The position numbers and the translations under genes were made by a program. Source: an uncultured Planctomycetota bacterium (GTDB lineage: Bacteria > Planctomycetota > Planctomycetia > Pirellulales > Lacipirellulaceae). Taken from it: DNA of 64,000 bases. The notes below the pieces were generated by a model, which was not told the origin of the DNA, made no database searches, and saw only the letters and a program-made list of their open reading frames with translations. Positions 1 to 13,422 of this stretch are shown here, piece by piece; the first letter of the stretch is position 1; every line of letters begins with the position of its first letter. The stretch is from positions 1,056,001-1,120,000 of the forward strand of contig CAVRBU010000002.1 of the NCBI GenBank assembly GCA_963719315.1, given 5' to 3'.

Positions 1-2242
<2,242 letters not shown>

Positions 2243-2246
2243 GGAG

Positions 2247-2328
2247 TAGCTATTAGCCGTTAGCTATTAGCTGTTAGTCAATCCCTTCACTACCAGCTTC
2301 TGGCTAATAGCTAAGAGCTAACAGCTAA
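2247..2328. repeat. Inverted pair of heptamer tandem repeats (TAGCTAT-like / GCTAAxA) between dnaK and clpB
   Basis: tagctat tagccgt tagctat tagctgt tagtc ... gctaata gctaaga gctaaca gctaa. Confidence 0.9.
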
Positions 2329-2337
2329 ACGCTCATC

Positions 2338-4263
<1,926 letters not shown>

Positions 4264-4426
4264 GATATACGCTCCTTTGAAACCTCCGTTGAAAGCGGAT
4301 TCGCTGTTTATACAGTGATGTCTAGTGTTGCATGTTTCGGACGCTCGAAAACCAGCGGATTCAGTGAAAACCAAGGAGCGCGCAGCGTCGAGCGCGCGGC
4401 AGAATCTGAGTCCGGACCCCTAATCT

Positions 4427-4443
4427 AAGCAAAGGCCGTGCCC
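4427..4443 (-). promoter_or_regulatory. Putative sigma54 (-24/-12) promoter of dnaK-clpB
   Basis: Minus strand reads GGGCACGGCCTTTGCTT: GG-N10-GC spacing, close to the TGGCAC-N5-TTGC consensus. Confidence 0.65.
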
Positions 4444-4563
4444 GCTGCTGGTTCTGTTGGACTCTGGCCCTGGCCGTCGGCGTAAGCTATTGTATGGTAG
4501 CTATTTAGACGCGACGCCTGGTCCAGGTTGTGGCGGGTAGCGGAATCGAGCATCGGTAGGCCC

Positions 4564-4632
4564 CTGCCAATTTGACTTCAGGCCCGTCGGATTCGCGAGC
4601 CGGCATCGGCGGCCGGCTGTCATAGTGGCAGC
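4564..4632. promoter_or_regulatory. Two TG(C/T)CA-N3-TG(G/A)C palindromes, candidate enhancer-binding sites
   Basis: TGCCAattTGAC at 4565-4576 and gcTGTCAtagTGGCAgc at 4616-4632, 120-190 bp upstream of the sigma54-like site. Confidence 0.45.
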
Positions 4633-4734
4633 GGCGCAGAGGGAGGCTTTTCGGTGGCGTTAGAGTATTATACCGCCGGATTCAGTCGAGAAGTCTGGTG
4701 GCGCTCACTCATTGCGTGGCGGGAATGTACAACC

Positions 4735-4929
4735 ATGGAGATTAACCCACTCCAATTCGCCGGGGCGCTTATAGCTGCGTGCATCGTGTTAGTTATCGCA
4801 AAGGTCAAAGGTGATCGGCAGTTCCCAAAGTTCCTGCCGTTTAAGGTGCGTTTCAGCCTGAGTTCGTTGCTCATCTTCATTGCGATCATGGCCGGCATTT
4901 TAACTCTGGTGGGCCACGCCCTGAAGTAA
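4735..4929 (+). CDS. Small two-TM membrane protein
   Basis: MEINPLQF..., two hydrophobic segments, RFSLSSLLIF motif. Confidence 0.5.
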   Translation: MEINPLQFAGALIAACIVLVIAKVKGDRQFPKFLPFKVRFSLSSLLIFIAIMAGILTLVGHALK

Positions 4930-5001
4930 TGAACTCGCCGACATGCTGCAACGGTCGTTTGCGAGTGTACGTCGGCCACGCTAGTTGGTAATAGAAATGT
5001 C

Positions 5002-6156
5002 ATGTCTAAACGCAAGCAATCCAAACCGACGAAAACCGCAGGCATAAGCTCCGCAGCGCCGCCGTCGGGTGACAGCGCGCCGAATCGCTCGCTGGCAGAA
5101 CTGCGTCGCGAGCTGAATGCGATCGATCAGGATATCCTGGATGCCATCAACCGCCGCGGTGCTGTCGCCCAGCGAATTGGCAAAGCGAAGCAAACGGACA
5201 AGTCACCGATCTACGACGCCGCGCGAGAGTCGGCAGTGCTCGAGCAGGCCGTCGCCAACAATGCCGGGCCACTAACACCGGATACGGTGCGGGCCGTGTT
5301 TCGAGAACTGGTCAGCGGCACGCGGGCGCTGCAAACGCCGATTCGCGTGGCGTATCTCGGTCCCGAGTTCACGTTTAGCCACTTGGCCACGATCGAGCAG
5401 TTCGGCCAATCGGCCGAGTTGGTACCGGTCGGCACGATTGCCGCCGTGTTCGAAGAAGTCGAGCGCGGGCAGGTTCGATTCGGCGTGGTGCCGATGGAAA
5501 ACACCACCGATGGTCGTGTCTCCGATACGCTCGATTGCTTCTCGCGCTCTCCGGTCCGGATCTGCGGCGAACTTCAGCTTCGGATTCATCACTGCCTGCT
5601 CGGCATCGGTTCGCGCGACGATATCCGCACAGTTTACAGCAAACCGCAACCGCTATCGCAGTGCCGCAACTGGCTGGCAAAGCACCTGCCGCAGGCGACG
5701 CTGACCGAAGTTGGCAGTACCGCGGCAGCTGCCAAAGCCGCGAAAGGCCAACCGAACTTTGCGGCGATCGCCAGCCGGCAGGCTGGAATTCATTATGAAT
5801 TGCCGAACATCGTCGCCAATATCGAGGATAATACCGACAATATCACGCGATTCGCGATCATCAGCAGTGAAACCGGCCAGAAATCTGGCCGCGACAAGAC
5901 CGCACTCATGTTTGAAATCGCCCATGAACCCGGCGCGCTAGCCGACGCCATGGCCATCTTTAAGCGCAACCGGCTCAACATGACGTGGATCGAATCGTTT
6001 CCGATCCCAGGCCACCGCGGGCGATATTTGTTCTTCGTCGAGTTCGTGGGCCACGATGGCGATCCGGGAGCGCAAAAGGCGATCGCCACACTAACCAAGC
6101 GGTCGCTCCGCCTCGAAGTACTCGGCTCCTATGCACAGGCCGAGCCGGTCGGTTAG
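5002..6156 (+). CDS. pheA: Chorismate mutase / prephenate dehydratase (P-protein)
   Basis: CM domain (LAELRRELNAID), YLGPEFTFSH, ENTTDG, NITRF, ACT domain with IESFP. Confidence 0.95.
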   Translation: MSKRKQSKPTKTAGISSAAPPSGDSAPNRSLAELRRELNAIDQDILDAINRRGAVAQRIGKAKQTDKSPIYDAARESAVLEQAVANNAGPLTPDTVRAVFRELVSGTRALQTPIRVAYLGPEFTFSHLATIEQFGQSAELVPVGTIAAVFEEVERGQVRFGVVPMENTTDGRVSDTLDCFSRSPVRICGELQLRIHHCLLGIGSRDDIRTVYSKPQPLSQCRNWLAKHLPQATLTEVGSTAAAAKAAKGQPNFAAIASRQAGIHYELPNIVANIEDNTDNITRFAIISSETGQKSGRDKTALMFEIAHEPGALADAMAIFKRNRLNMTWIESFPIPGHRGRYLFFVEFVGHDGDPGAQKAIATLTKRSLRLEVLGSYAQAEPVG

Positions 6157-6160
6157 ATTG

Positions 6161-6270
6161 GTCGAGAGCCGAGAGTCAAGAGTTGAGAGCCAGAGGCTTT
6201 CGCTATTGTCCTCTATGCTCAATGTTGTGACATTTTCTGGCTCTTGACCCTCGACTCTTAGCACTTGACT
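6161..6270. repeat. Inverted heptamer tandem pair (GAGAG(C/T)C / CTC(T/G)GAC-like) between pheA and tpiA
   Basis: gtcgagagccgagagtcaagagttgagagccaga ... tctggctcttgaccctcgactcttagcacttgact. Confidence 0.85.
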
Positions 6271-6274
6271 CCCC

Positions 6275-7033
6275 ATGCTTCGCAAACTAATCGCCGGCAA
6301 CTGGAAAATGAACACCGACCGCGCCTCCGCGATCTCCCTCGCGAAGACCGTCGTCGGTGGGGCGGACAATATCAAGGCCGTGGACCTGCTCGTTTGTCCG
6401 CCTTCGATTTATCTGACGGCGGTAGGCGAAGTGGTCGCCGGAACTTCGGTCGCGCTCGGCGCTCAGAATATGTACCATGAGGCGAACGGGGCATTCACGG
6501 GCGAGTTGAGCGCGGCGATGTTGCGGGATGTGGGCTGCACGGACGTGATTCTGGGCCACAGCGAACGGCGGCACATCTTGGGCGAAACGGACGCCGCCGT
6601 GAACAAGAAGACGCTGGCCGCTTTGGTCGCTGGGTTGGCGCCGATCGTGTGCGTCGGAGAACTGCTGTCGGAACGTGAAGCCAATCAAACGTCTGCCGTC
6701 ATTCGCCGCCAGTTCGAGGGCTCGCTTGCGGGCGTTTCAGCCGATCAAATCGAGCAAGTCGTGATTGCTTATGAGCCAGTTTGGGCGATTGGCACGGGAA
6801 AAGTCGCTACGCCGGAGCAGGCCGAGGAAGTACATGCTGACCTTCGCAGGCTGCTGGTCGAGCGATACAATGATCGATCCGCCACAAAGGTGCGAATCCT
6901 GTACGGCGGAAGCGTAAAGGCCAGCAACGCAGCCGAGTTGCTCGCCCAGCCGAACATCGACGGCGCGCTGGTCGGCGGCGCAAGCCTGAAGGCCGATGAG
7001 TTCCTCGGCATCGCCGCCGGGGCGGTCGGGTGA
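6275..7033 (+). CDS. tpiA: Triosephosphate isomerase
   Basis: AGNWKMN, GHSERR, AYEPVWAIGTG, YGGSV, LVGGASL. Confidence 0.98.
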   Translation: MLRKLIAGNWKMNTDRASAISLAKTVVGGADNIKAVDLLVCPPSIYLTAVGEVVAGTSVALGAQNMYHEANGAFTGELSAAMLRDVGCTDVILGHSERRHILGETDAAVNKKTLAALVAGLAPIVCVGELLSEREANQTSAVIRRQFEGSLAGVSADQIEQVVIAYEPVWAIGTGKVATPEQAEEVHADLRRLLVERYNDRSATKVRILYGGSVKASNAAELLAQPNIDGALVGGASLKADEFLGIAAGAVG

Positions 7034-7073
7034 GTGATTGTTCTAAAGTGAGAAAAATGGAAGGCGTGTCATT

Positions 7074-7169
7074 GGACAAAGACAAGGAGACCGGGAGACA
7101 AGGAGACAAGGAGACGCGATGAATCAAGCGATCTCCTCGTCTTCCCCTCTACTTGTCTCCTTGTCTGTC
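7074..7169. repeat. Inverted octamer tandem pair (GGAGACAA / TTGTCTCC) between tpiA and secG
   Basis: gacaaggagaccgggagacaaggagacaaggagac ... cttgtctccttgtc. Confidence 0.85.
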
Positions 7170-7209
7170 GCTCATGAGCGGCCAATCGAACACGACGAGG
7201 TGAATCGTC

Positions 7210-7719
7210 ATGGGTGCTGTTTTTGCCATCGTGTTGTCGCTGTTGGCGATTTTTTTGATTCTGCTCGTGCTCGTACAACGGGGCCGCGGCGGCGGGTTGG
7301 CAGGCGCGCTGGGCGGCATGGGCGGGTCGAGCGCGTTCGGCGCGAAGGCCGGCGACGTGTTTACTCGGATCACGATCATCACCGCCGCGATTTGGATCGC
7401 GTTTTGTTTGCTGGCCTTGTATTGGGCCAAGCATCGGGGCGACGTGCTCGGCGCGGCTCCAGTAGCAAACTCATCGTCCGGCGAGGGTTCCGGTATGCTG
7501 CCGACATCGAAGGCCACCCCGCCGGGCGGACCTGCGGCACCCGGCGAAACGAAGAGCGAACCGACGAGCGGTCCGATTTTGCCCGCGAATCCGCCCGCTG
7601 CCGCGACGACTTCGCCCCCGGCTGCATCACTGCCCGCTGCGGCTCCGGAAACGCCGGTCAATCCCCCAGCCGCCCCGGCGAACGACGCCACGAATAAAGA
7701 AACGTCTCCCGGAAAATAA
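7210..7719 (+). CDS. secG: Preprotein translocase subunit SecG with Pro/Ala-rich tail
   Basis: [19 protein letters not shown]...AFG...FTRIT. Follows tpiA. Confidence 0.92.
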   Translation: MGAVFAIVLSLLAIFLILLVLVQRGRGGGLAGALGGMGGSSAFGAKAGDVFTRITIITAAIWIAFCLLALYWAKHRGDVLGAAPVANSSSGEGSGMLPTSKATPPGGPAAPGETKSEPTSGPILPANPPAAATTSPPAASLPAAAPETPVNPPAAPANDATNKETSPGK

Positions 7720-7756
7720 TCGGCCAGCCACCTAGCATTTAGCGGAGTGACGAGCC

Positions 7757-8641
7757 TTGCTCATCAGCATGACCGGCTTTGGCGAGGCCCGCAGCCAGGC
7801 AGGCGGATTGGCCGTCGCCGTCGAAGCCCGCACCATTAACAGCCGGCACTTCAAACTCTCGTACCGCGCGAGCGAAGGTTATGGCGCGCTCGAGTCGGAA
7901 ATTGAAACCATCGTGCGCAATGCAATTCGCCGCGGCACGGTTCAATTGAATTTGCGCGTGGATCGCCGGGCTTCGGTCGATGATTATCGCATCAATACCG
8001 AAGTCCTCGAAAACTATCGCCGGCAGCTTACCCAGCAGACGGGCAGGGGCGAGTGGAACTCTCCGGATGACCTGCGGCTGCTCTTGTCGCTGCCGGGCGC
8101 CGTCGATGAAAAATCGCGGGGCGACTACGATCCCCGCGAAGACTGGCCCGCAATTGAGCCGGTCATTCGCGAGGCTTTGGCGGCACTCGCCAAGATGCGG
8201 ACCGAAGAAGGCGTCGCGCTCGCCGCCGATCTGGCCCACAATGGTCGGCAGATCGCCGATTTGCTGGATGCGGTTGCCCGCCGTTCACCTGAGGTCACGC
8301 AGGCCTATCAATCGCGCTTGACCGGTCGCGTGCAGCAGGCGCTTTCGGAATTGAACGTGACGGTCGAGCCGGCCGATTTGCTTCGCGAGATCGCACTGTT
8401 CGCCGACCGCAGCGATATTTCGGAAGAAATCGTGCGACTCCGCAGCCACCTTCAACAGTACGAAGCCGCCCTGTTGATGGCGGAAAGCTCCGGCCGAAAG
8501 CTCGAATTCATTGCGCAAGAAATGGGCCGCGAAATCAATACGATCGGCTCGAAAGCGAACGATGCGGAAATCTCGCGGCTGGTGGTGGAGATCAAGACGG
8601 CGCTGGAGCGGATCAGAGAGCAGATTCAGAATGTGGAGTGA
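7757..8641 (+). CDS. yicC: YicC/YloC family endoribonuclease
   Basis: SMTGFG N-terminus, GRKLEFIAQEMGREINTIGSK, REQIQNVE. Precedes gmk. Confidence 0.95.
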   Translation: MLISMTGFGEARSQAGGLAVAVEARTINSRHFKLSYRASEGYGALESEIETIVRNAIRRGTVQLNLRVDRRASVDDYRINTEVLENYRRQLTQQTGRGEWNSPDDLRLLLSLPGAVDEKSRGDYDPREDWPAIEPVIREALAALAKMRTEEGVALAADLAHNGRQIADLLDAVARRSPEVTQAYQSRLTGRVQQALSELNVTVEPADLLREIALFADRSDISEEIVRLRSHLQQYEAALLMAESSGRKLEFIAQEMGREINTIGSKANDAEISRLVVEIKTALERIREQIQNVE

Positions 8642-8651
8642 TTGCGGGGGC

Positions 8652-8740
8652 GAAAAATGAAAAATGCAAATTGTAAATTGAAAAATGAATATTGCCGATC
8701 CTCAATTTGCGTTTTGCATTTTGCATTTTGCAATTGGCAA
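8652..8740. repeat. Inverted heptamer tandem pair (AAAATG(C/A) / TTGCATT) between yicC and gmk
   Basis: aaaaatgaaaaatgcaaattgtaaattgaaaaatg ... caatttgcgttttgcattttgcattttgcaatt. Confidence 0.9.
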
Positions 8741-8742
8741 TA

Positions 8743-9327
8743 ATGACCGCGACCGCAGCCAACCTGATCATCCTCTCCGGCCCTTCGGGTGTCGGCAAAT
8801 CCACGGTTTTGCGCAGCCTGCTGGCCCGCCATCCCGATCGGTTGCGGCTGAGCGTATCCGCCACGACGCGGGAGCCGCGCCTCGGCGAAACGGAAGGCGT
8901 CGATTATTTTTTCTTGAGTCCGGAGGAATTCGCCCGCCGTCTCCAGGCCGGCGAATTCCTCGAATGTTGTGAGGTGTTTGGCCGCGGCCATTGGTATGGC
9001 ACGCTCCTGAGCGAAGTCAGCCCTAGCCCCGGCGACCAAAAGTGGGTAATTTTAGATATCGATGTGGACGGCGCCGAAAAGGTACGCGGCCGCTTTCCGG
9101 ACGCGCCGACCATTTTTTTGCGGCCCGGTTCTGAAGCCGAACTGGAACGCCGCCTGCGAGCGCGGGGTACCGAGTCGGAAGAGTCCATCGAGCGCCGCCT
9201 GGAAGTGGCCCGGCGGGAGATGGCCCGCGCAGACCAGTATGAGTTTCAAGTCGTCAACGACACCGTCGACCGGGCGGTGGAACAAATTGGCGAAATACTT
9301 ACGAAGTTGGGAATCGTGAATTCGTAG
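8743..9327 (+). CDS. gmk: Guanylate kinase
   Basis: SGPSGVGKST, SVSATTREPR, GVDYFF, YGT. Start at MTATAA, just after the repeat. Confidence 0.95.
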   Translation: MTATAANLIILSGPSGVGKSTVLRSLLARHPDRLRLSVSATTREPRLGETEGVDYFFLSPEEFARRLQAGEFLECCEVFGRGHWYGTLLSEVSPSPGDQKWVILDIDVDGAEKVRGRFPDAPTIFLRPGSEAELERRLRARGTESEESIERRLEVARREMARADQYEFQVVNDTVDRAVEQIGEILTKLGIVNS

Positions 9328-9382
9328 GTCAGGCTTCAGCCTGACATCAAGAGTTAAGTCGTCAGGCTAAAGCCTGACCTAC
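9324..9382. repeat. GTAG-type REP pair (REPIN-like)
   Basis: GTAGgtcaggcttcagcctgac ... gtcaggctaaagcctgacCTAC. The GTAG contains the gmk stop codon. A partial related copy lies at about 13208-13226. Confidence 0.85.
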
Positions 9383-9395
9383 AAGGAATCGAGAT

Positions 9396-9662
9396 ATGAT
9401 CGAGGCGCTCAAAGAAGAAGAAATCGTCAACAAGGTCGGCGGCCGGTTCAAGCTTTCGACGCTGATCCAGAAGCGGTTGGTGGCCCTGAACGCGGGAGCC
9501 CGCCCGCTGGTCGATGCCGGCAGTGAGGACAAGCTCGAAATCATTGTCCAGGAAATCCTGCAGGACAAAATCTATCTTGATATGTCGAACGAATTGAAGA
9601 CGGTCGGCGACATCGGTCCGATGTCGGCCGGCCCGCCGGAGTTCGACTTCAGTTCGCTGTAA
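9396..9662 (+). CDS. rpoZ: RNA polymerase omega subunit
   Basis: [15 protein letters not shown]...GARPLV. gmk-rpoZ-coa synteny. Confidence 0.88.
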   Translation: MIEALKEEEIVNKVGGRFKLSTLIQKRLVALNAGARPLVDAGSEDKLEIIVQEILQDKIYLDMSNELKTVGDIGPMSAGPPEFDFSSL

Positions 9663-9663
9663 T

Positions 9664-9742
9664 AGCAGGGGGCGTAGGGCACGGAACAGGGAGTCAGAGT
9701 CAGTTCTTGATCCTTCCTGCCCCCCGCTCCCGGCTCCCCGCT
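9664..9742. repeat. Degenerate inverted heptamer pair (GGAGCAG-like / CCCGCTC) between rpoZ and coaC
   Basis: agcagggggcgtagggcacggaacagggag ... cctgccccccgctcccggctccccgct. Confidence 0.6.
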
Positions 9743-9747
9743 TTTCT

Positions 9748-10290
9748 ATGGCACACGAACTCATCATCGGCGTCTCCGGCGGCATCGCGGCCTACAAGAC
9801 GGCAGCGCTGGTCAGCTCGCTCGTGCAGCAAGGGCACGGAGTTTCGGTCGTGATGACGCGCTCGGCCCGGCACTTCATCGGACCGGCCACGTTTCGGGCT
9901 CTCACCGGTCGGCCGGTCGCGTGTGGCGGATTCGATCATCATTTTCCGCTCGGCGCTCACATCGAATTGGCCGATCGCGCCGAATTATTGTGCATCGCCC
10001 CCGCGTCGGCCGACCTGCTCGCCAAAGCCGCCTGCGGAATAGCGGACGACCTTTTGAGCACGTTGCTGCTTTCGTTCACCGGTCCGACCGCTTTCGCTCC
10101 GGCCATGAACAGCGCGATGTGGGAAAAGCCGGCCGTGAAGCGGAACATCAAAACGCTGCGGTCCGATGGCCACCATATCATCGATCCGCAAGCAGGCTGG
10201 CAAAGCTGCCGCCGCACCGGCATGGGCCGCATGGCGGAACCAGCAGAGATTCAGGCGGCGATTGAACGCCTACTCGCGGCAAACAAGTAG
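9748..10290 (+). CDS. coaC: Phosphopantothenoylcysteine decarboxylase (stand-alone)
   Basis: GVSGGIAAYK, HIELA, APASAD, APAMNSAMW, GMGRMAEP. Confidence 0.92.
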   Translation: MAHELIIGVSGGIAAYKTAALVSSLVQQGHGVSVVMTRSARHFIGPATFRALTGRPVACGGFDHHFPLGAHIELADRAELLCIAPASADLLAKAACGIADDLLSTLLLSFTGPTAFAPAMNSAMWEKPAVKRNIKTLRSDGHHIIDPQAGWQSCRRTGMGRMAEPAEIQAAIERLLAANK

Positions 10291-10306
10291 TGTCAACATG
10301 ATTTTT

Positions 10307-10362
10307 GACAAGGAGAACCATTAGGGCGACTATCTCCTTGTCTCCCCCTCTCCTTGTCTGCC
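10307..10362. repeat. Octamer family (GACAAGGA / TCCTTGTC) inverted element between coaC and coaB
   Basis: gacaaggaga ... tctccttgtctccccctctccttgtc. Same unit and same arm order as 7074-7169. Confidence 0.75.
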
Positions 10363-10369
10363 TTTTCGC

Positions 10370-11002
10370 ATGGCCCGAATCCTAATCACCTCCGGCCCGA
10401 CGCGCCAATTCATCGACCCCGTGCGGTATCTAACGAACGCCTCCAGCGGTCGCATGGGGTGTGCGTTGGCCGAGGCGGCGCTCGCGCTGGGACACGAAGT
10501 CGTGATTGTGAGCGGCCCTGTTGAGGTTGAATATCCGGCGGCTGCTCGCGTCGTGCCGGTTGTCTCGACCGAAGAGATGTTGACTGCGTCGGCCAAGGAA
10601 TTTGAGTCGTGCGACGGCCTGATCGGCGCCGCGGCCCCGTGCGATTATCGGCCGGTCCGCGTCGAGTCGCACAAGATCACAAAAACCGGTCTGCCGATCG
10701 ACCTACATCTCACCGAAACCGATGACGTGGTCGCTACGCTCGGCGCGAAAAAAGGCCAACGCTGGGTTGTAGGCTTTGCGCTTGAGACGGAAGACCACCG
10801 TCTCCGCGCGCTGGCAAAGCTGGAAAAGAAATTCTGTGACCTGATCGTGACCAATGGCCCGCAGGCGATCAGCTCTAGTGACAACGAAGTCGAAGTCATC
10901 ACGCCATCCGGCGAAATAATTGCAGCGATCGCGGGAGTGAAGGAAGAAGTCGCCGCACGAATCCTGGCGATTATCAGCGAGAGGCTGATTCGAGCGCGAT
11001 AG
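10370..11002 (+). CDS. coaB: Phosphopantothenate-cysteine ligase (stand-alone)
   Basis: ITSGPTRQFIDPVRYLTNASSGRMG, AAAPCDY, VGFALET. Confidence 0.92.
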   Translation: MARILITSGPTRQFIDPVRYLTNASSGRMGCALAEAALALGHEVVIVSGPVEVEYPAAARVVPVVSTEEMLTASAKEFESCDGLIGAAAPCDYRPVRVESHKITKTGLPIDLHLTETDDVVATLGAKKGQRWVVGFALETEDHRLRALAKLEKKFCDLIVTNGPQAISSSDNEVEVITPSGEIIAAIAGVKEEVAARILAIISERLIRAR

Positions 11003-11064
11003 AGTGGGAGGGCTTGGCCGCCATCCCCTGTTTCCGGCATGCGGCTTATTGTATCTTCTAGCGC

Positions 11065-11805
11065 ATGGCTACGTTCGCTGTCATCCTTCCTGCTGCTGGG
11101 CAAAGCCGTCGCTTTCACGACAAGGCTTATAAGAAGCCGTTTGCGCCGCTTGGTGGCCGGGCGGTGTGGCTGCACTCGGCCGAGCGGTTCATGAATCGGC
11201 CCGATGTGAAGCAGGTGATTGTGTGCGTGGCGGCCGAGGATCGCGAATTGTTCGATATGAAGTTCGGGGCCAATGTCGCCATTCTGGGCGTGCAGGTGAT
11301 CGAAGGCGGCGAACAACGCACAGATACGGTGCAGCGGGCGCTAGAGCGCGTGAAGGACGAAATTGATTTCGTGGCCGTGCACGATGCGGCTCGGCCGTGT
11401 ATTGTCGACCCGTGGATTGATGCTGTCTTCGCGGCGGCCGAGCGCGATGATGCGGCGATTCTTGCTGCCCCGGTCCAGGCGACGCTAAAGCGCGCGGATC
11501 AGAAAAAGCAAATCACGGCGACGGTCGATCGCGAGTCGCTGTGGGAAGCCCAGACGCCGCAGGTGTTTCGTCGCGCGCTGCTCATCGAAGCATATGCCAA
11601 ACGCGGCCGCGAGCCGGTGACCGACGATGCGCAGCTCGTCGAGCGATTGGGCCGGCCGGTGACGATCGTCCCCTGCTCACCGCTCAACATCAAGATCACG
11701 TCGCGCGACGATTTGAAACTGGCCGAGCAAGTCTTAAAGGTGCTGCCCAAACCGAAGCTCGAAGGGTTCCAGCACCCGTTTGGCGACGACAACCTGTGGC
11801 GGTGA
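11065..11805 (+). CDS. ispD: 2-C-methyl-D-erythritol 4-phosphate cytidylyltransferase
   Basis: LPAAGQSRRF, VHDAARP, AQTPQ, TDDA, NIKIT. Confidence 0.95.
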   Translation: MATFAVILPAAGQSRRFHDKAYKKPFAPLGGRAVWLHSAERFMNRPDVKQVIVCVAAEDRELFDMKFGANVAILGVQVIEGGEQRTDTVQRALERVKDEIDFVAVHDAARPCIVDPWIDAVFAAAERDDAAILAAPVQATLKRADQKKQITATVDRESLWEAQTPQVFRRALLIEAYAKRGREPVTDDAQLVERLGRPVTIVPCSPLNIKITSRDDLKLAEQVLKVLPKPKLEGFQHPFGDDNLWR

Positions 11806-11809
11806 GTCG

Positions 11810-11897
11810 ATTTCGGATTTCGGATTTCGATTTCGGATTTCGCATTTATGATGACAGTCGCTATTCAATCCGCAATCCGCAATCCGCAATCCGCAAT
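11810..11897. repeat. Inverted heptamer tandem pair (TTTCGGA / TCCGCAA) between ispD and tyrS
   Basis: atttcggatttcggatttcgatttcggatttcgcattt ... aatccgcaatccgcaatccgcaatccgcaATG. Confidence 0.92.
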
Positions 11898-13175
11898 GCT
11901 TTTAGACGATCTTCGCTGGCGTGGCCTCGTTCATCAAACGACCGATGATGCAAATCTTTCCACTTGGCTGCAAAAGCAGCCGCGCACGGTTTACGCGGGC
12001 TTTGACCCGACGGCCGAGAGTTTGCACGTCGGCCACTTGCTGCCGCTGTTGTTGCTGAGACGTTTTCAGCGGGCGGGACACAGACCGATCGCGGTGGTCG
12101 GCGGCGCGACGGGCATGATCGGCGACCCCAGCGGAAAGAGCCAGGAGCGTAACTTACTTTCCAAAGCGGACCTCGATCGCAATGTCGCCTCTTTGCGCGA
12201 GCAGATGAGGCAGTTTCTGGATTTCGACGCGGTGTCGAACGCCGCCGAGCTCGTGAACAATTTTGATTGGGTCGGGCCGTTCAGCTACCTCGAGTTTTTG
12301 CGCGATGTCGGTAAGAACTTTCCCGTGAACGTGATGCTCGCCAAGGATTCCGTGAAGACCCGATTGGGCCGAGATGATGCCGGGCTGAGTTACACCGAAT
12401 TCAGCTACATGCTGCTACAGGCCTACGACTTCGTGTATCTGTACGACAAATATAATTGCGAGTTACAAGTCGGCGGCAGCGATCAATGGGGCAACATCAC
12501 GGCCGGCATTGACCTCGGGCGGCGGATGCGGGCCGCGCAACTTCACGGTCTGACGTGCCCGTTGCTCACGAAGTCCGACGGCGCGAAAATGGGCAAGACC
12601 GAATCGGGTACGCTTTGGCTCTCGGCCAAGCGGACCAGCCCGTACCAGTTCTATCAATATTGGATACGTGTCGAAGATGCCGACGTTGGCAATTGTTTGC
12701 GAATGTTGACTGAGTTGCGCGCGAGGAAATCGAATCGCTCGACGCTTCACGCGAGGCCGATGCCGCCAAGCGCGACAGCCAACGACGACTCGCCGAGTCG
12801 CTTACCATGCTCGTCCACGGCGACGATGGATTGGCCGCGGCCCAACGCGCCACGGAGATTTTCTACGGCGCCGAAATCTCCAATCTGAGCGATGCCCAGC
12901 TTGCGGAAATTTTCGCCGACGTGCCCAGCCGGCAACTCAGCCGAAGCCTGCTCTCCGCCGAAGGCGGCTTCCCGATCGTAGACGCCCTTGTTGCCTCCGG
13001 CCTGTCGAAAAGCAAGGGCGATGCCCGCCGTACCACGCAACAGGGCGGGGCGTACATCAACAATCGCCGGATCGACAGTGTGGACGCGCGACTTACGGCA
13101 GCCGACCTGGCCAGCGAAACCGTCATGGTCCTGCGGAGCGGCAAGAAGAATTACGCTTTGCTGCGGTTCACTTAG
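11896..13175 (+). CDS. tyrS: Tyrosine-tRNA ligase, apparent 1-bp frameshift near 12720
   Basis: [23 protein letters not shown] and KMGKT in the first frame. The S4-like C-terminus (SKGDARR...LRSGKKNY) is in a second frame. Confidence 0.93.
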
Positions 13176-13294
13176 GTCGGCGCTTGAGGCTGTCTCGGAC
13201 GTAGGGTGTCAGGCTAAAGTCTGACCAACGGCAACTTGCGGGTCGGCCGGAACCCATTTATAGTGAGCGGTTTAGACGATGGCGATGACTTTGT

Positions 13295-13347
13295 GTAGGT
13301 GGCTCGCTTCGCGAGCAGCAATTCCGCTCGCGGTGCGATCGGACTAC
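13295..13347. repeat. Degenerate GTAG-type REP pair
   Basis: GTAGgtggctcgcttcgcgagc ... ccgctcgcggtgcgatcggaCTAC. Confidence 0.6.
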
Positions 13348-13422
13348 ACGGCGCGAACCGGCAGGTGGCCGCTAGCGTAGCGTATCTGGGGCAGTCGACC
13401 TTGGCGGCGAGTGAGGTATTGC

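Noticed and set aside
4264..4700. CIRCE operator upstream of dnaK
   Set aside because: No TTAGCACTC-N9-GAGTGCTAA match seen.
8692..8742. N-terminal extensions of gmk, tyrS, addB, nuoD and the sulfatase in the ORF track
   Set aside because: They are translations of repeat arms, REPs or the tRNA. Downstream starts fit better.
12715..12725. Programmed frameshift in tyrS
   Set aside because: No slippery heptamer, and the same single-base-loss pattern recurs in unrelated genes.
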